A stretch of 64,000 nucleotides of DNA, from IMG/VR virus record IMGVR_UViG_3300025314_000006; one strand, given 5' to 3'. Both the position numbers and the translations under genes were made by a program. The notes under the pieces are model-generated. The model worked only from the letters and a program-made list of their open reading frames with translations, searched no databases and was not told where the DNA came from. How positions within the stretch are numbered: the stretch's first letter is position 1; every line of letters starts with the position of its first letter. The stretch comes from a virus (lineage: Duplodnaviria; Caudoviricetes). This document shows, piece after piece, positions 1 to 6,978 of this stretch.

Positions 1-551
1 GCTATAGTTTGTGCAAAAACTTGCCTTATCATAGGAAATACTATTCCGTCAAAATTTGTTTCTTCCTTTTTTTTCTTGAATATTTTATTCCAGATAGAAA
101 CAAAAAATGATTTTATTTTTAAGAATATCTTTTTCCATTTAGAATCAAAACTTCTACTACTAACACCAATAATAGAAGATGAAAATTTACGTATTAAATC
201 ATTAGTTTCTTTTGTAGTTAATTTTCCAACCGGAACTGTATATGTTCTTTGTATCGGACTATTAACATCATTTATAAAACAAGATGCTTGATTTTCATAT
301 AATTGAACAATATTACTTTTTTGATAACCGTGTAAACCATCAAGGAATCCTGAGTTTTTCCAATTTTTATAAATAATCTTTCTTTGATTTTCTAAATCTA
401 TGGATTTGTTGTGTTTTTCAAAGAGAACTTCTCTGGTTTCAGAACTGCTTTCTTCTTCTACTTTTTTGGTTTCATTTACGAGATTTGTCCAATTACTAAT
501 AACATTGAACACAGAATTATCTCTTTCGGTTATTTTTATATCTAAAGGCAT
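1..551 (-). CDS. Hypothetical protein, runs off the window start; contains a T4 gp23 (major capsid) N-terminal-like motif
   Basis: Manual translation from ATG 551: MPLDIKITERDNSVF...WKNSGFLDGLHGYQKSNIVQLYENQASCFIN, open as far as translated toward position 1; W..SG.L.GL...NI.QL.ENQA recalls the gp23 N-terminus. Confidence 0.55.
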   Translation of the reverse strand, partial: MPLDIKITERDNSVFNVISNWTNLVNETKKVEEESSSETREVLFEKHNKSIDLENQRKIIYKNWKNSGFLDGLHGYQKSNIVQLYENQASCFINDVNSPIQRTYTVPVGKLTTKETNDLIRKFSSSIIGVSSRSFDSKWKKIFLKIKSFFVSIWNKIFKKKKEETNFDGIVFPMIRQVFAQTI

Positions 552-604
552 GTGCAATTTTAACTTATATTTTTGTTAAAATCAATTTTTTAGTTGCCTA
601 TTTT

Positions 605-1072
605 TTAGTCACCTTTTGTAGAAATGTTTTTTTCTTGGTTTCTGGTAAGTTCGTTTTCTACACCTATAGATATGCTTCTAAAAGATTCTGGCGATTTTTC
701 AATAATTTTTAAAATACTTTCAAAATCAAATCTTTGAGCCGAAAATTGTTTTGGCTTATTTAAACTTCCACCAACGTCAACTTTCCATACATACCATTTT
801 GTATCTGGCTCTGTGTATATTACTTTGGATTTTTCCCAATTCTGAATAGCTTCTTCTCCTGTGTTTGAAACTGAATTTGATGGCCAGGAACTTGGGATAT
901 TAATACTTTTTTTAATTTCGTAAACTTCTGGCTTATTGCTATAATGAACCAAATCAATTAATTTCAACAAAAAATAGTTCATTTCTTCAGTAGAATATTC
1001 TCCTGGTTTTGATGTGTTTTCAAAATATGATTCGAAAAGACACTTTCTTATTATTTTTCTAATTTGTTCCAT
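605..1072 (-). CDS. Hypothetical protein with N-terminal IRKIIRKxLxE motif
   Basis: 155-aa ORF; TATTTAT motif at 1078-1084 upstream. Confidence 0.7.
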   Translation of the reverse strand: MEQIRKIIRKCLFESYFENTSKPGEYSTEEMNYFLLKLIDLVHYSNKPEVYEIKKSINIPSSWPSNSVSNTGEEAIQNWEKSKVIYTEPDTKWYVWKVDVGGSLNKPKQFSAQRFDFESILKIIEKSPESFRSISIGVENELTRNQEKNISTKGD

Positions 1073-1109
1073 TGATGATAAATAGATTTAAAATTCTATT
1101 TATCTTTGT

Positions 1110-1565
1110 ATGAGAAACATCAGAAAAATGATAAGGAAAATCTTAATAGAGGAATCAAAACCCACGGTTGTTTATTCTGCTGTTGTTATTGAGAAACTTG
1201 AAGGTATTGGGAAGTTGGATTTGATTTTTAGTAAGTACATCGAAAACGGTTGGCAAAAACCGGTTCATTATCATATGACAATCGGACCGGGAAAATTTCC
1301 TGAGAGCTTGTATTTAAAAGGAGATTTAGATAAAGAAGTAACATTAGAAATAACGTCTGTAGGAATTTCAGAAAATGCTATAGCATTGGGAGTTTCAGGA
1401 TATTATTCAAGAAATGACAATCCACACATTACTATTGCTTTCAATAAAGAAAACGGAGGAAATCCGGAAGATAGCAAAGTGATTGAAAATTGGGGACATA
1501 TTGATAATTTTTATGTGACTGGAATAATAAGAGAAGTTGGCGAAAATAATTTAGTTATTAAATAA
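1110..1565 (+). CDS. 2H phosphoesterase (2',3'-cyclic phosphodiesterase, Trl1-CPD-like)
   Basis: Two HxT motifs (HYHMTI, NPHITIA) about 55 aa apart; N-terminal IRKMIRKILIEE leader. Confidence 0.75.
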   Translation: MRNIRKMIRKILIEESKPTVVYSAVVIEKLEGIGKLDLIFSKYIENGWQKPVHYHMTIGPGKFPESLYLKGDLDKEVTLEITSVGISENAIALGVSGYYSRNDNPHITIAFNKENGGNPEDSKVIENWGHIDNFYVTGIIREVGENNLVIK

Positions 1566-1569
1566 TTAG

Positions 1570-1648
1570 TACCTTCAATAGGATTCGAACCTACATTTTC
1601 AGCTCCGTTACACTTATTGAGTCCGTAGCTCAATGTGGCTATAAAGGC
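1570..1648 (-). tRNA. Atypical tRNA-like element, Arg(ACG) anticodon arm, no normal D-arm
   Basis: Acceptor GCCTTTA/TGAAGGT+A; canonical T-arm GTAGG-TTCGAAT-CCTAT; TTGAG-CTACGGA-CTCAA anticodon arm only 8 nt after the acceptor; 22-nt extra region. Confidence 0.55.
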
Positions 1649-1649
1649 A

Positions 1650-2336
1650 TTATATTAATTCATATCGTTTTGCCCACTTTCTCACCGCAACATCACTAAC
1701 TCCAAATTTTCTACCAAGTGCACAATATGAATTATTTTCTATCATTTCTTTTAATTCTTCTTTAGAGGGTCTGTTTTTTACTTTTCTAAAATTTAATCTA
1801 GGTACATATTTTCTCGTTGTTTTTTTATTTGTTTTATTTTTTTTTGCATTTTTTCTGTCTACGCCAATTTTACCACGGCAATGAGTTTCTAATGTGAAAT
1901 TGCAGTTTGGACATAAAAATCTTAAGTTTTCTAATCTATTATCATTATTTATTCCGTTTTCGTGGTCAATAATTAAACTAATTTTTTTACCTCTCCATAT
2001 TTCTCCTTGTCCACATTCTTTACATTCATATTCTATCATGTTATTATCTCGTATTCTTTTTTTTAAACAAGCCCTTGCAACAGAACTGTTTTCACAAAAA
2101 ATTTCTTCATCACTTTTCCTTAATAATCTGTCTTCATTAAACATTTTTTTAGCAAAATCACTACGGTTTAAAAAATGAGAAGTATCTATTGACCATTTAT
2201 TTAAATTTGTTTTAAGTATTTTATAAGATGAAGAAGAATCGCTTCTTCCAGATTTTACTATAACATCTCTAAATGTGATGCTTTCAGATACTAATTTTTG
2301 TAATTCTTCTTTTGTATATTCTTTATGTTCTTTCAT
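1650..2336 (-). CDS. HNH homing endonuclease
   Basis: CKECG...IDHENGINNDNRLENLRFLCPNC motif; C-terminal HTH; located inside the tRNA operon. Confidence 0.85.
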   Translation of the reverse strand: MKEHKEYTKEELQKLVSESITFRDVIVKSGRSDSSSSYKILKTNLNKWSIDTSHFLNRSDFAKKMFNEDRLLRKSDEEIFCENSSVARACLKKRIRDNNMIEYECKECGQGEIWRGKKISLIIDHENGINNDNRLENLRFLCPNCNFTLETHCRGKIGVDRKNAKKNKTNKKTTRKYVPRLNFRKVKNRPSKEELKEMIENNSYCALGRKFGVSDVAVRKWAKRYELI

Positions 2337-2393
2337 AATTCTAACTTATTTTAATGTAAATAGGTTAGAATTTTTTAATAAAGTAAATAGTTG

Positions 2394-2469
2394 AGGATAA
2401 GAAGAGAATTAAACTCCTGTTAAATATGTTTTGCAGACATATCCCGATTTCAACATTGGGTACTTATCC
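2394..2469 (-). tRNA. tRNA-Cys(GCA)
   Basis: GGATAAG/CTTATCC acceptor, U73; ATATGT-CT GCA AA-ACATAT anticodon arm. Confidence 0.85.
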
Positions 2470-2482
2470 TTGTAAAAATTAA

Positions 2483-2754
2483 AAAAGTAAAATCCTAAGT
2501 ATAGCCGCGATTTTGTTCTATCTCATCATTTATCTGAAGGTATTGCTACCAACTGGAGACTTTAAACGTCTACCACGCACCTACCCGACTATCAACAACG
2601 TAAAGGTTCCCCGTCTACAGTCTGTTTGGCTTGCATCCTATGTTGCGGAAGTACATACGCTATTTGTTATAGCTTCTTCCTCCTTTTAAAAGATGTCGCG
2701 AACTTCCTCTCGATTTTAAGAATCGAGCGATGAGTCCTTCAGGATTTTACTTTT
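2483..2754 (-). ncRNA. rnpB: RNase P RNA (catalytic subunit) with minimised specificity domain
   Basis: 14-bp P1 (AAAAGTAAAATCCT/AGGATTTTACTTTT); P2 CTCATC/GATGAG; P3 CTCGATT/AATCGAG; CR-I GAGGAAGTTCGCGAC pairing (P4) with CR-V ACAAAATCGCGGCTATA; CR-IV AGATAAATGAT; P18-like GGTA-GCAA-TACC. Confidence 0.85.
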
Positions 2755-2758
2755 CTTG

Positions 2759-2830
2759 AGGCTCCACTGACAATCGATGTCAGGACTCAAATTTACAAGA
2801 TTCGTGTTTTGCCACTTAAACTACGGAGCC
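2759..2830 (-). tRNA. tRNA-Thr(TGT)
   Basis: GGCTCCG/TGGAGCC acceptor; loop CT TGT AA; atypical T-loop ATCGATT. Confidence 0.85.
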
Positions 2831-2846
2831 ATTATTTGTTCTTATG

Positions 2847-2920
2847 TGGAATCTACCGGCATTGAACCGGTCTCTCAGGCGTGCAAGGCAAGTGTTCTAA
2901 GCCAAATGAACTAAGACCCC
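2847..2920 (-). tRNA. tRNA-Ala(TGC)
   Basis: GGGGTCT/AGATTCC acceptor with G3:U70; loop CT TGC AC; two mismatches in the anticodon stem. Confidence 0.8.
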
Positions 2921-2958
2921 AATTTAATTTGTTCAAAGTACAAATTATTAAAAACTTT

Positions 2959-3034
2959 TGGCGAGTATGACCGGTCCTGACCCGGCGACCTCCTCATAGA
3001 CAGTGAGGCATTCTTCCAACTGAACTACACACTC
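2959..3034 (-). tRNA. tRNA-Asp(GTC), CCA encoded
   Basis: CCTCA-CT GTC TA-TGAGG; G73; T-loop GTCAGGA. Confidence 0.85.
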
Positions 3035-3046
3035 ATTATTTTTTAA

Positions 3047-3355
3047 AAAAGTAAGACGCCATTTCGCTGATAGCGTTTTTTGTGTTCTGTTTAATGCGCC
3101 AAAGAACATCTGATTATGTTCAGCATTTAGCGTTCATGCTTGGTTATTATAACATACTAACATTCCTAATATTGTCTGATTACCTATTTTGAGTTTGCAT
3201 AGTAGGTTGATTTTTATTTCCAGGGTAAAAATCAACAAACAAACCTAACGTCTGATAAACTTTATTTTTCATCCGGTAAACGTTTTGTACATTGTTTAGT
3301 TCATTAGGCTAAAACAACACGTCTTTTTCACGGACAACATTAGTAACTTACTTTT
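3047..3355 (-). ncRNA. Unassigned structured RNA (~309 nt) between tRNA-Ile and tRNA-Asp
   Basis: 9-bp closing stem AAAAGTAAG/CTTACTTTT; 11-bp hairpin at 3206-3236; several smaller hairpins; four ATCAG motifs; no ORF in the track. Confidence 0.55.
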
Positions 3356-3359
3356 CTTG

Positions 3360-3433
3360 TAGTGCATCTGAGAATTGAACTCAGTACTTCCACGTTATCG
3401 GCGTGGCACTCTGGACCGATGAGTTAATGCACT
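3360..3433 (-). tRNA. tRNA-Ile(GAT)
   Basis: AGTGCAT/ATGCACT acceptor; CCACG-CC GAT AA-CGTGG (C33 instead of U33). Confidence 0.85.
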
Positions 3434-3447
3434 GTTTTTATTTAAAG

Positions 3448-3520
3448 TCTAGGTGGCCTGCTCCGACCAGGCGGTCTCCAGTTCCCAAAACTGGCGGATT
3501 TCCAACTTTCCCACACCTAG
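3448..3520 (-). tRNA. tRNA-Pro(TGG)
   Basis: CTAGGTG/CACCTAG acceptor; CCAGT-TT TGG GA-ACTGG; T-loop GTCGGAG. Confidence 0.85.
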
Positions 3521-3558
3521 AAATTTTGTTTATCTTTCCAAACTGTCTTTTAATAAGA

Positions 3559-3621
3559 GTTCAAGCTCGGTTATCCACCGATTCGAAGGACTGCATTAGC
3601 CTTCTCTGCAGACACTTGAAC
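3559..3621 (-). ncRNA. Compact structured RNA with an H-type pseudoknot
   Basis: GTTCAAG/CTTGAAC closing stem; interleaved CTGCA/TGCAG and GAAGG/CCTTC helices; TCGG-TGGATAA-CCGA hairpin. Confidence 0.5.
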
Positions 3622-3623
3622 AT

Positions 3624-3699
3624 TGGAGCGAAAAACCAGGTTCAAACTGGCGACCCCCAGAGTGGAAATCTGGCGCTCTATCAACTGAGCTATTTTCGC
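3624..3699 (-). tRNA. tRNA-Gly(TCC), CCA encoded
   Basis: GCGAAAA/TTTTCGC acceptor, U73; CCAGA-TT TCC AC-TCTGG. Confidence 0.9.
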
Positions 3700-3788
3700 T
3701 TATGTATATAATTCTCTCAGACCATATTACCAAGATTTACTTTGGACTCACCGTATTTTAAAAGTGAGCAGAATTGTATTTAATTAAA

Positions 3789-4736
3789 TTATTCTAATAA
3801 TAATTCATCAATTGTTAAAATTGAATTTAAATTATCTATTGTTTTTTTAAATATCATTTTAACATTAATGTTGTTTTGTTCTAATACTAAACTCATTTTT
3901 GTTTTATCTATTATTGAATAATATCCTTTAGTTTCTATGTATAAGTTAAAATTTGGCAAATAAAAATCTGGCACATACGTTTTTTCAACACCTTCTTTAA
4001 TATATTGAATATATATTTTTCTAATCCACAATATTTTATTGTCATTTAACCATTGCGACATTTTTAATTCATATTTTCCTCTTAAAGAATATTCTTCACC
4101 AATAATATTTTTTTGTTTATAAAATTTCACATGTTTAAAATTGTTACTTATTTCATTTTCTTCTAACATCTTGGAGTGAGATTTGCTAATTTTCGATTTT
4201 TGTTCAGAAGAAAGTGGCTTTCCTAATTGGTGATGTATTCTCTTACCAGTAGCATACATTTCTTTTTGTTGCTCAGATGCTTTATTTACCCTATTATCAG
4301 TTTCCTTTGTAAGTCCTCTTGACCATCCCATTTTTGATTTAGTCTCTGCATTACTGTATTTTTTATTTTTATATTCAACTCCATCCGGTGTATGCATTTG
4401 AAATATATGACCACATATACCAAGTTTGTGAAATATTAATTCGCAATGAGGACATTTATATTTATCTACATCAACTTTCCAAGATTCATCTACTGTTATT
4501 TGTTTTTTATTAACTGTATTACATTTATTATAATGCCTTTCAAAATTAGAAACAGAAATATTTTTATTACATTTATCACAACATTTTGTGTTTTTAGGTT
4601 TTCCAAGTAAAGAAATACTTAAATTTTTTAATCTTTCTTTTAACTTTGGATTAGATTCACAATTTACTATATGAGCACCAAATTGTTGTGGGATCTCAAA
4701 CTCAAAAGACTCTTTGCAATGCGGACAAGTTTTCAT
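3789..4736 (-). CDS. Putative homing endonuclease (Zn fingers, NUMOD-like region, PD-(D/E)xK C-terminal domain)
   Basis: CPHC zinc motifs; HHQLGKPLSSEQKSKIS NUMOD3-like stretch; YVPDFYLP...YIETKGY nuclease motif. Confidence 0.75.
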   Translation of the reverse strand: MKTCPHCKESFEFEIPQQFGAHIVNCESNPKLKERLKNLSISLLGKPKNTKCCDKCNKNISVSNFERHYNKCNTVNKKQITVDESWKVDVDKYKCPHCELIFHKLGICGHIFQMHTPDGVEYKNKKYSNAETKSKMGWSRGLTKETDNRVNKASEQQKEMYATGKRIHHQLGKPLSSEQKSKISKSHSKMLEENEISNNFKHVKFYKQKNIIGEEYSLRGKYELKMSQWLNDNKILWIRKIYIQYIKEGVEKTYVPDFYLPNFNLYIETKGYYSIIDKTKMSLVLEQNNINVKMIFKKTIDNLNSILTIDELLLE

Positions 4737-4805
4737 ACTTTTTTATTATAAATAGTATAAAAAATTGCAGGTTAGAAAATTGTTAGCACGTTATTGTTTT
4801 TTGAG

Positions 4806-4888
4806 TGGGAGTTGATGGAGACGAGCCACCCGAGTTTTAAAACAACCGATTTACAGTCGGTCCCGCTACCCCTACGGAATAAACTCCC
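4806..4888 (-). tRNA. tRNA-Tyr(GTA)
   Basis: GGGAGTT/AACTCCC acceptor; CCGA-CT GTA AA-TCGG; long variable arm; T-loop CTCGTCT. Confidence 0.85.
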
Positions 4889-4900
4889 ATTTTAATGTTG

Positions 4901-4972
4901 CACAGACGGTTATAATCGAAATAACTACGTGTAGTTTTTGGAGAACTCACCGACACCAAGCCTGTCGTCTGT
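4901..4972 (-). tRNA. tRNA-Trp(CCA)
   Basis: ACAGACG/CGTCTGT acceptor, G73; loop CT CCA AA. Confidence 0.8.
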
Positions 4973-5011
4973 ATTTTATCTATTTTTTAAGCTGTAAGAT
5001 AATTAGCTAAG

Positions 5012-5083
5012 TAGCGAAAACTGGAATCGAACCAATGTAGACACAGCTTATGAGACTGGTGGGAAACCAACATCCTTTTCGCA
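5012..5083 (-). tRNA. tRNA-Met(CAT), initiator-like
   Basis: Loop CT CAT AA; U1:U72 mismatch typical of initiators, but lacks the three G-C anticodon-stem pairs. Confidence 0.75.
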
Positions 5084-5096
5084 ATATATTTTTTTG

Positions 5097-5169
5097 TAGC
5101 CCCTGCCGGTCCTGACCCGACGACTTCATTCATGTAAAAAATGCACTCTACCAACTGAGTTAAGGGGCT
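5097..5169 (-). tRNA. tRNA-Val(TAC)
   Basis: AGCCCCT/AGGGGCT acceptor; CATTT-TT TAC AT-GAATG; T-loop GTCAGGA. Confidence 0.85.
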
Positions 5170-5174
5170 ATTAG

Positions 5175-5248
5175 TAGCATATATCAGAATCAAACTGATG
5201 ACCTTCCTCATATGAAAAGGACGCTCTAATCAACTGAGCTAATATGCT
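5175..5248 (-). tRNA. tRNA with CAT anticodon (elongator Met or lysidine Ile2)
   Basis: AGCATAT/ATATGCT acceptor; TCCTT-TT CAT AT-GAGGA. Confidence 0.8.
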
Positions 5249-5258
5249 ATTTAAAAAG

Positions 5259-5330
5259 AGCGGGTGATGAGGATTAAACTCACGGCCTCATCCTTGGCAA
5301 GGATGCGCTCTATCGCTGAGCTACACCCGC
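5259..5330 (-). tRNA. tRNA-Gly(GCC)
   Basis: GCGGGTG/CACCCGC acceptor, U73; CATCC-TT GCC AA-GGATG. Confidence 0.9.
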
Positions 5331-5403
5331 TTTTTTGATTATCAATATGTCAAATAACTCTGCAAACTTTTAAGTCATTGCTCGACTTGTAAACTTTTTA
5401 AGC

Positions 5404-5435
5404 AACAAAAAACCCGAACCTTTTTTAAGTCCGGG
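5404..5435 (-). terminator. Intrinsic terminator of attenuator 1, upstream of tRNA operon 1
   Basis: CCCGGACTT-AAAA-AAGGTTCGGG followed by TTTTTTGTT. Confidence 0.8.
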
Positions 5436-5475
5436 TGTGTTATGTTGTTTCCCTTTTAAGTTTTTATATCTTACT

Positions 5476-5604
5476 TCATGAAACAAAATGTTTTAACACA
5501 CCCATATTATCGCGGCTATAATCGCCAGGGGTAATACACGCATACCCGACTGTCGGCATGACTGCCCAAATCGTTGTAATTGTTGTATGTGTTAAATTTT
5601 TCAT
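5476..5604 (-). CDS. Attenuator leader peptide 1 (42 aa)
   Basis: MKNLTHTTITTIWAVMPTVGYACITPGDYSRDNMGVLKHFVS*; its GGGTGTGTTA (5494-5503) is complementary to TAACACACCC (5433-5442), which overlaps the terminator 5' arm. Confidence 0.75.
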   Translation of the reverse strand: MKNLTHTTITTIWAVMPTVGYACITPGDYSRDNMGVLKHFVS

Positions 5605-5684
5605 TGAAGATGTTTTCTTTTTAATTAAACTTAAATAGTATAAAAAATTATTTTCTCAAATATTTCTTTCGACCAATTATAACG

Positions 5685-5717
5685 CAAAGATATAATTAAA
5701 GTTTAATAAAAAGCAAA
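5685..5717 (-). promoter_or_regulatory. Bacteroidota primary-sigma promoter for leader 1 and tRNA operon 1
   Basis: TTTG (5714-5717), 21-nt spacer, TATCTTTG (5685-5692); a near-duplicate lies at 14052-14083. Confidence 0.75.
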
Positions 5718-5745
5718 TTTATTTTCATTTATTTTTTATTTAACT

Positions 5746-5810
5746 TGTAAAATCCTGATATTCAGCTAAATAATTTTTTGTAAAATCCTAAACATAATCG
5801 TAAAATCCTG
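5746..5810. repeat. Three direct repeats GTAAAATCCT just upstream of the operon-1 promoter
   Basis: Copies start at 5747, 5780 and 5800. Confidence 0.55.
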
Positions 5811-5916
5811 TCATTGATAATATTAAACAAAAAATCCACAATTTTTTTAAGCAAGGGAGCCAACGAATTTATTCGTTGGAGTATGTCAGTCAATAATATT
5901 TCCTTGCAATTTGTTT

Positions 5917-6120
5917 TTACCAACCTTCTTTAGCAACTCCGGATGCAACTGCAGCTTCTGCGTTAGCAGAGCTCATTATAGCACACATTTTATGTCCTTC
6001 TTTAGTTTCTCCTTTACATACGTATCCACCTTTTGCGTTTTTAGATATGATAGGATTAACGAAAGTTTGTTTGCTTTTTAATTTCATACAATATCCTTCT
6101 AATACGATTAATGTGCTCAT
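5917..6120 (-). CDS. Small DUF5679-like protein, paralog 1
   Basis: GYCMK...KGGYVCKGETKEGHKMCAI; similar to 7515-7715. Confidence 0.55.
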   Translation of the reverse strand: MSTLIVLEGYCMKLKSKQTFVNPIISKNAKGGYVCKGETKEGHKMCAIMSSANAEAAVASGVAKEGW

Positions 6121-6224
6121 GATTTTTAGTTTTAAGTTTTTTATAAATATGAAATATTTTATAAAACAAGTTTTAATATATGTTTATGTTCTAAATTAGC
6201 TTATATTTATATAAAAACAAGCTC

Positions 6225-6395
6225 ATGAAAAATTTAAAAAAAATAATAGAAGAAACAGTAAGTAAAGTTCTGGGTGAAGGCGATTTTTTAACACATCAAA
6301 TAAAAAATTCAATAAGCGTGTTAAATAATGTTTTCAAAGACAACTTAGTTGCAAAGATAAACGAAACAAATGATAAAGATAAACGAAACAAATGA
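6225..6395 (+). CDS. 56-aa N-terminal segment cut off from the downstream ORF by a 22-bp tandem duplication
   Basis: MKNLKKIIEETVSKVLGEGD...; AAAGATAAACGAAACAAATGAT occurs twice (6353-6374, 6375-6396). Confidence 0.6.
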   Translation: MKNLKKIIEETVSKVLGEGDFLTHQIKNSISVLNNVFKDNLVAKINETNDKDKRNK

Positions 6396-6978
6396 TAGTG
6401 TTATTGATGTTTATATTAAGAAATACAATATAAATGCATTAACAAAAATAGATAAAACGATAGAAAATTTAGGATATTTTATTTCTATTTTTAGTATAAA
6501 TGGATTTCAAAAGAAATTTAACAAAGATTCATTTTTTAAAAAAATAAAAGACTTAAAAGAATTAACTCCAATATACCTAAAGCTGGAGAAAAAAATGGAC
6601 TCAAATGAAGATATAGATACAATTATCCCATCTATGTTATATCACATTACACATGAAAGACATCTCGCAAAAATCAAGAAAATAGGTTTAGTTCCAAAAT
6701 CTAAATCTAAAAAATCAGCTCATCCTGAAAGAATATATTTAGCGTGGAATGAAGAATCTGCTATAAAATTAGTAAAAGAATTTTCAGATTTAGAATACGA
6801 ATTTGAACATAATTATGTTTTATTAAAAATTGACACAAGTAAAATTTCTGAGTTTAGACGTGATAAAAATTTCAAATTACATAATGACCCAAACTTTACA
6901 GATGGTTATTTTACATATGATAATATACCTCCTGCTGCAATAAATTTTGAAAATATGAAATTAATAAACCTTGAATAA
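6370..6978 (+). CDS. Tpt1/KptA-like RNA 2'-phosphotransferase or ADP-ribosyltransferase-fold protein
   Basis: LYHIT...IKKIGLVPK...HPERIYLA...VLLKID...DGYFTYDNIPP motifs. Confidence 0.6.
   Translation: MIKINETNDSVIDVYIKKYNINALTKIDKTIENLGYFISIFSINGFQKKFNKDSFFKKIKDLKELTPIYLKLEKKMDSNEDIDTIIPSMLYHITHERHLAKIKKIGLVPKSKSKKSAHPERIYLAWNEESAIKLVKEFSDLEYEFEHNYVLLKIDTSKISEFRRDKNFKLHNDPNFTDGYFTYDNIPPAAINFENMKLINLE

Noticed and set aside
3403-3711. ORF-track plus-strand ORF, and the minus-strand ORF 4987-5211
   Set aside because: They overlap well-formed tRNA genes and are shadow ORFs
3559-3774. Twister or hammerhead ribozyme assignment for the two small RNAs
   Set aside because: GCAGAG...UAAUGCAG recalls twister strands but P1 and the loop-4 pseudoknot are missing; CUGAGAG does not fit the CUGANGA hammerhead core and the GAAA partner is absent
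5844-5900. GCAAGG/CCTTGC stem enclosing the CCAACGAA/TTCGTTGG palindrome
   Set aside because: Single copy in the window; most simply a terminator or REP-like hairpin after ORF 5917-6120, with no basis for a stronger claim
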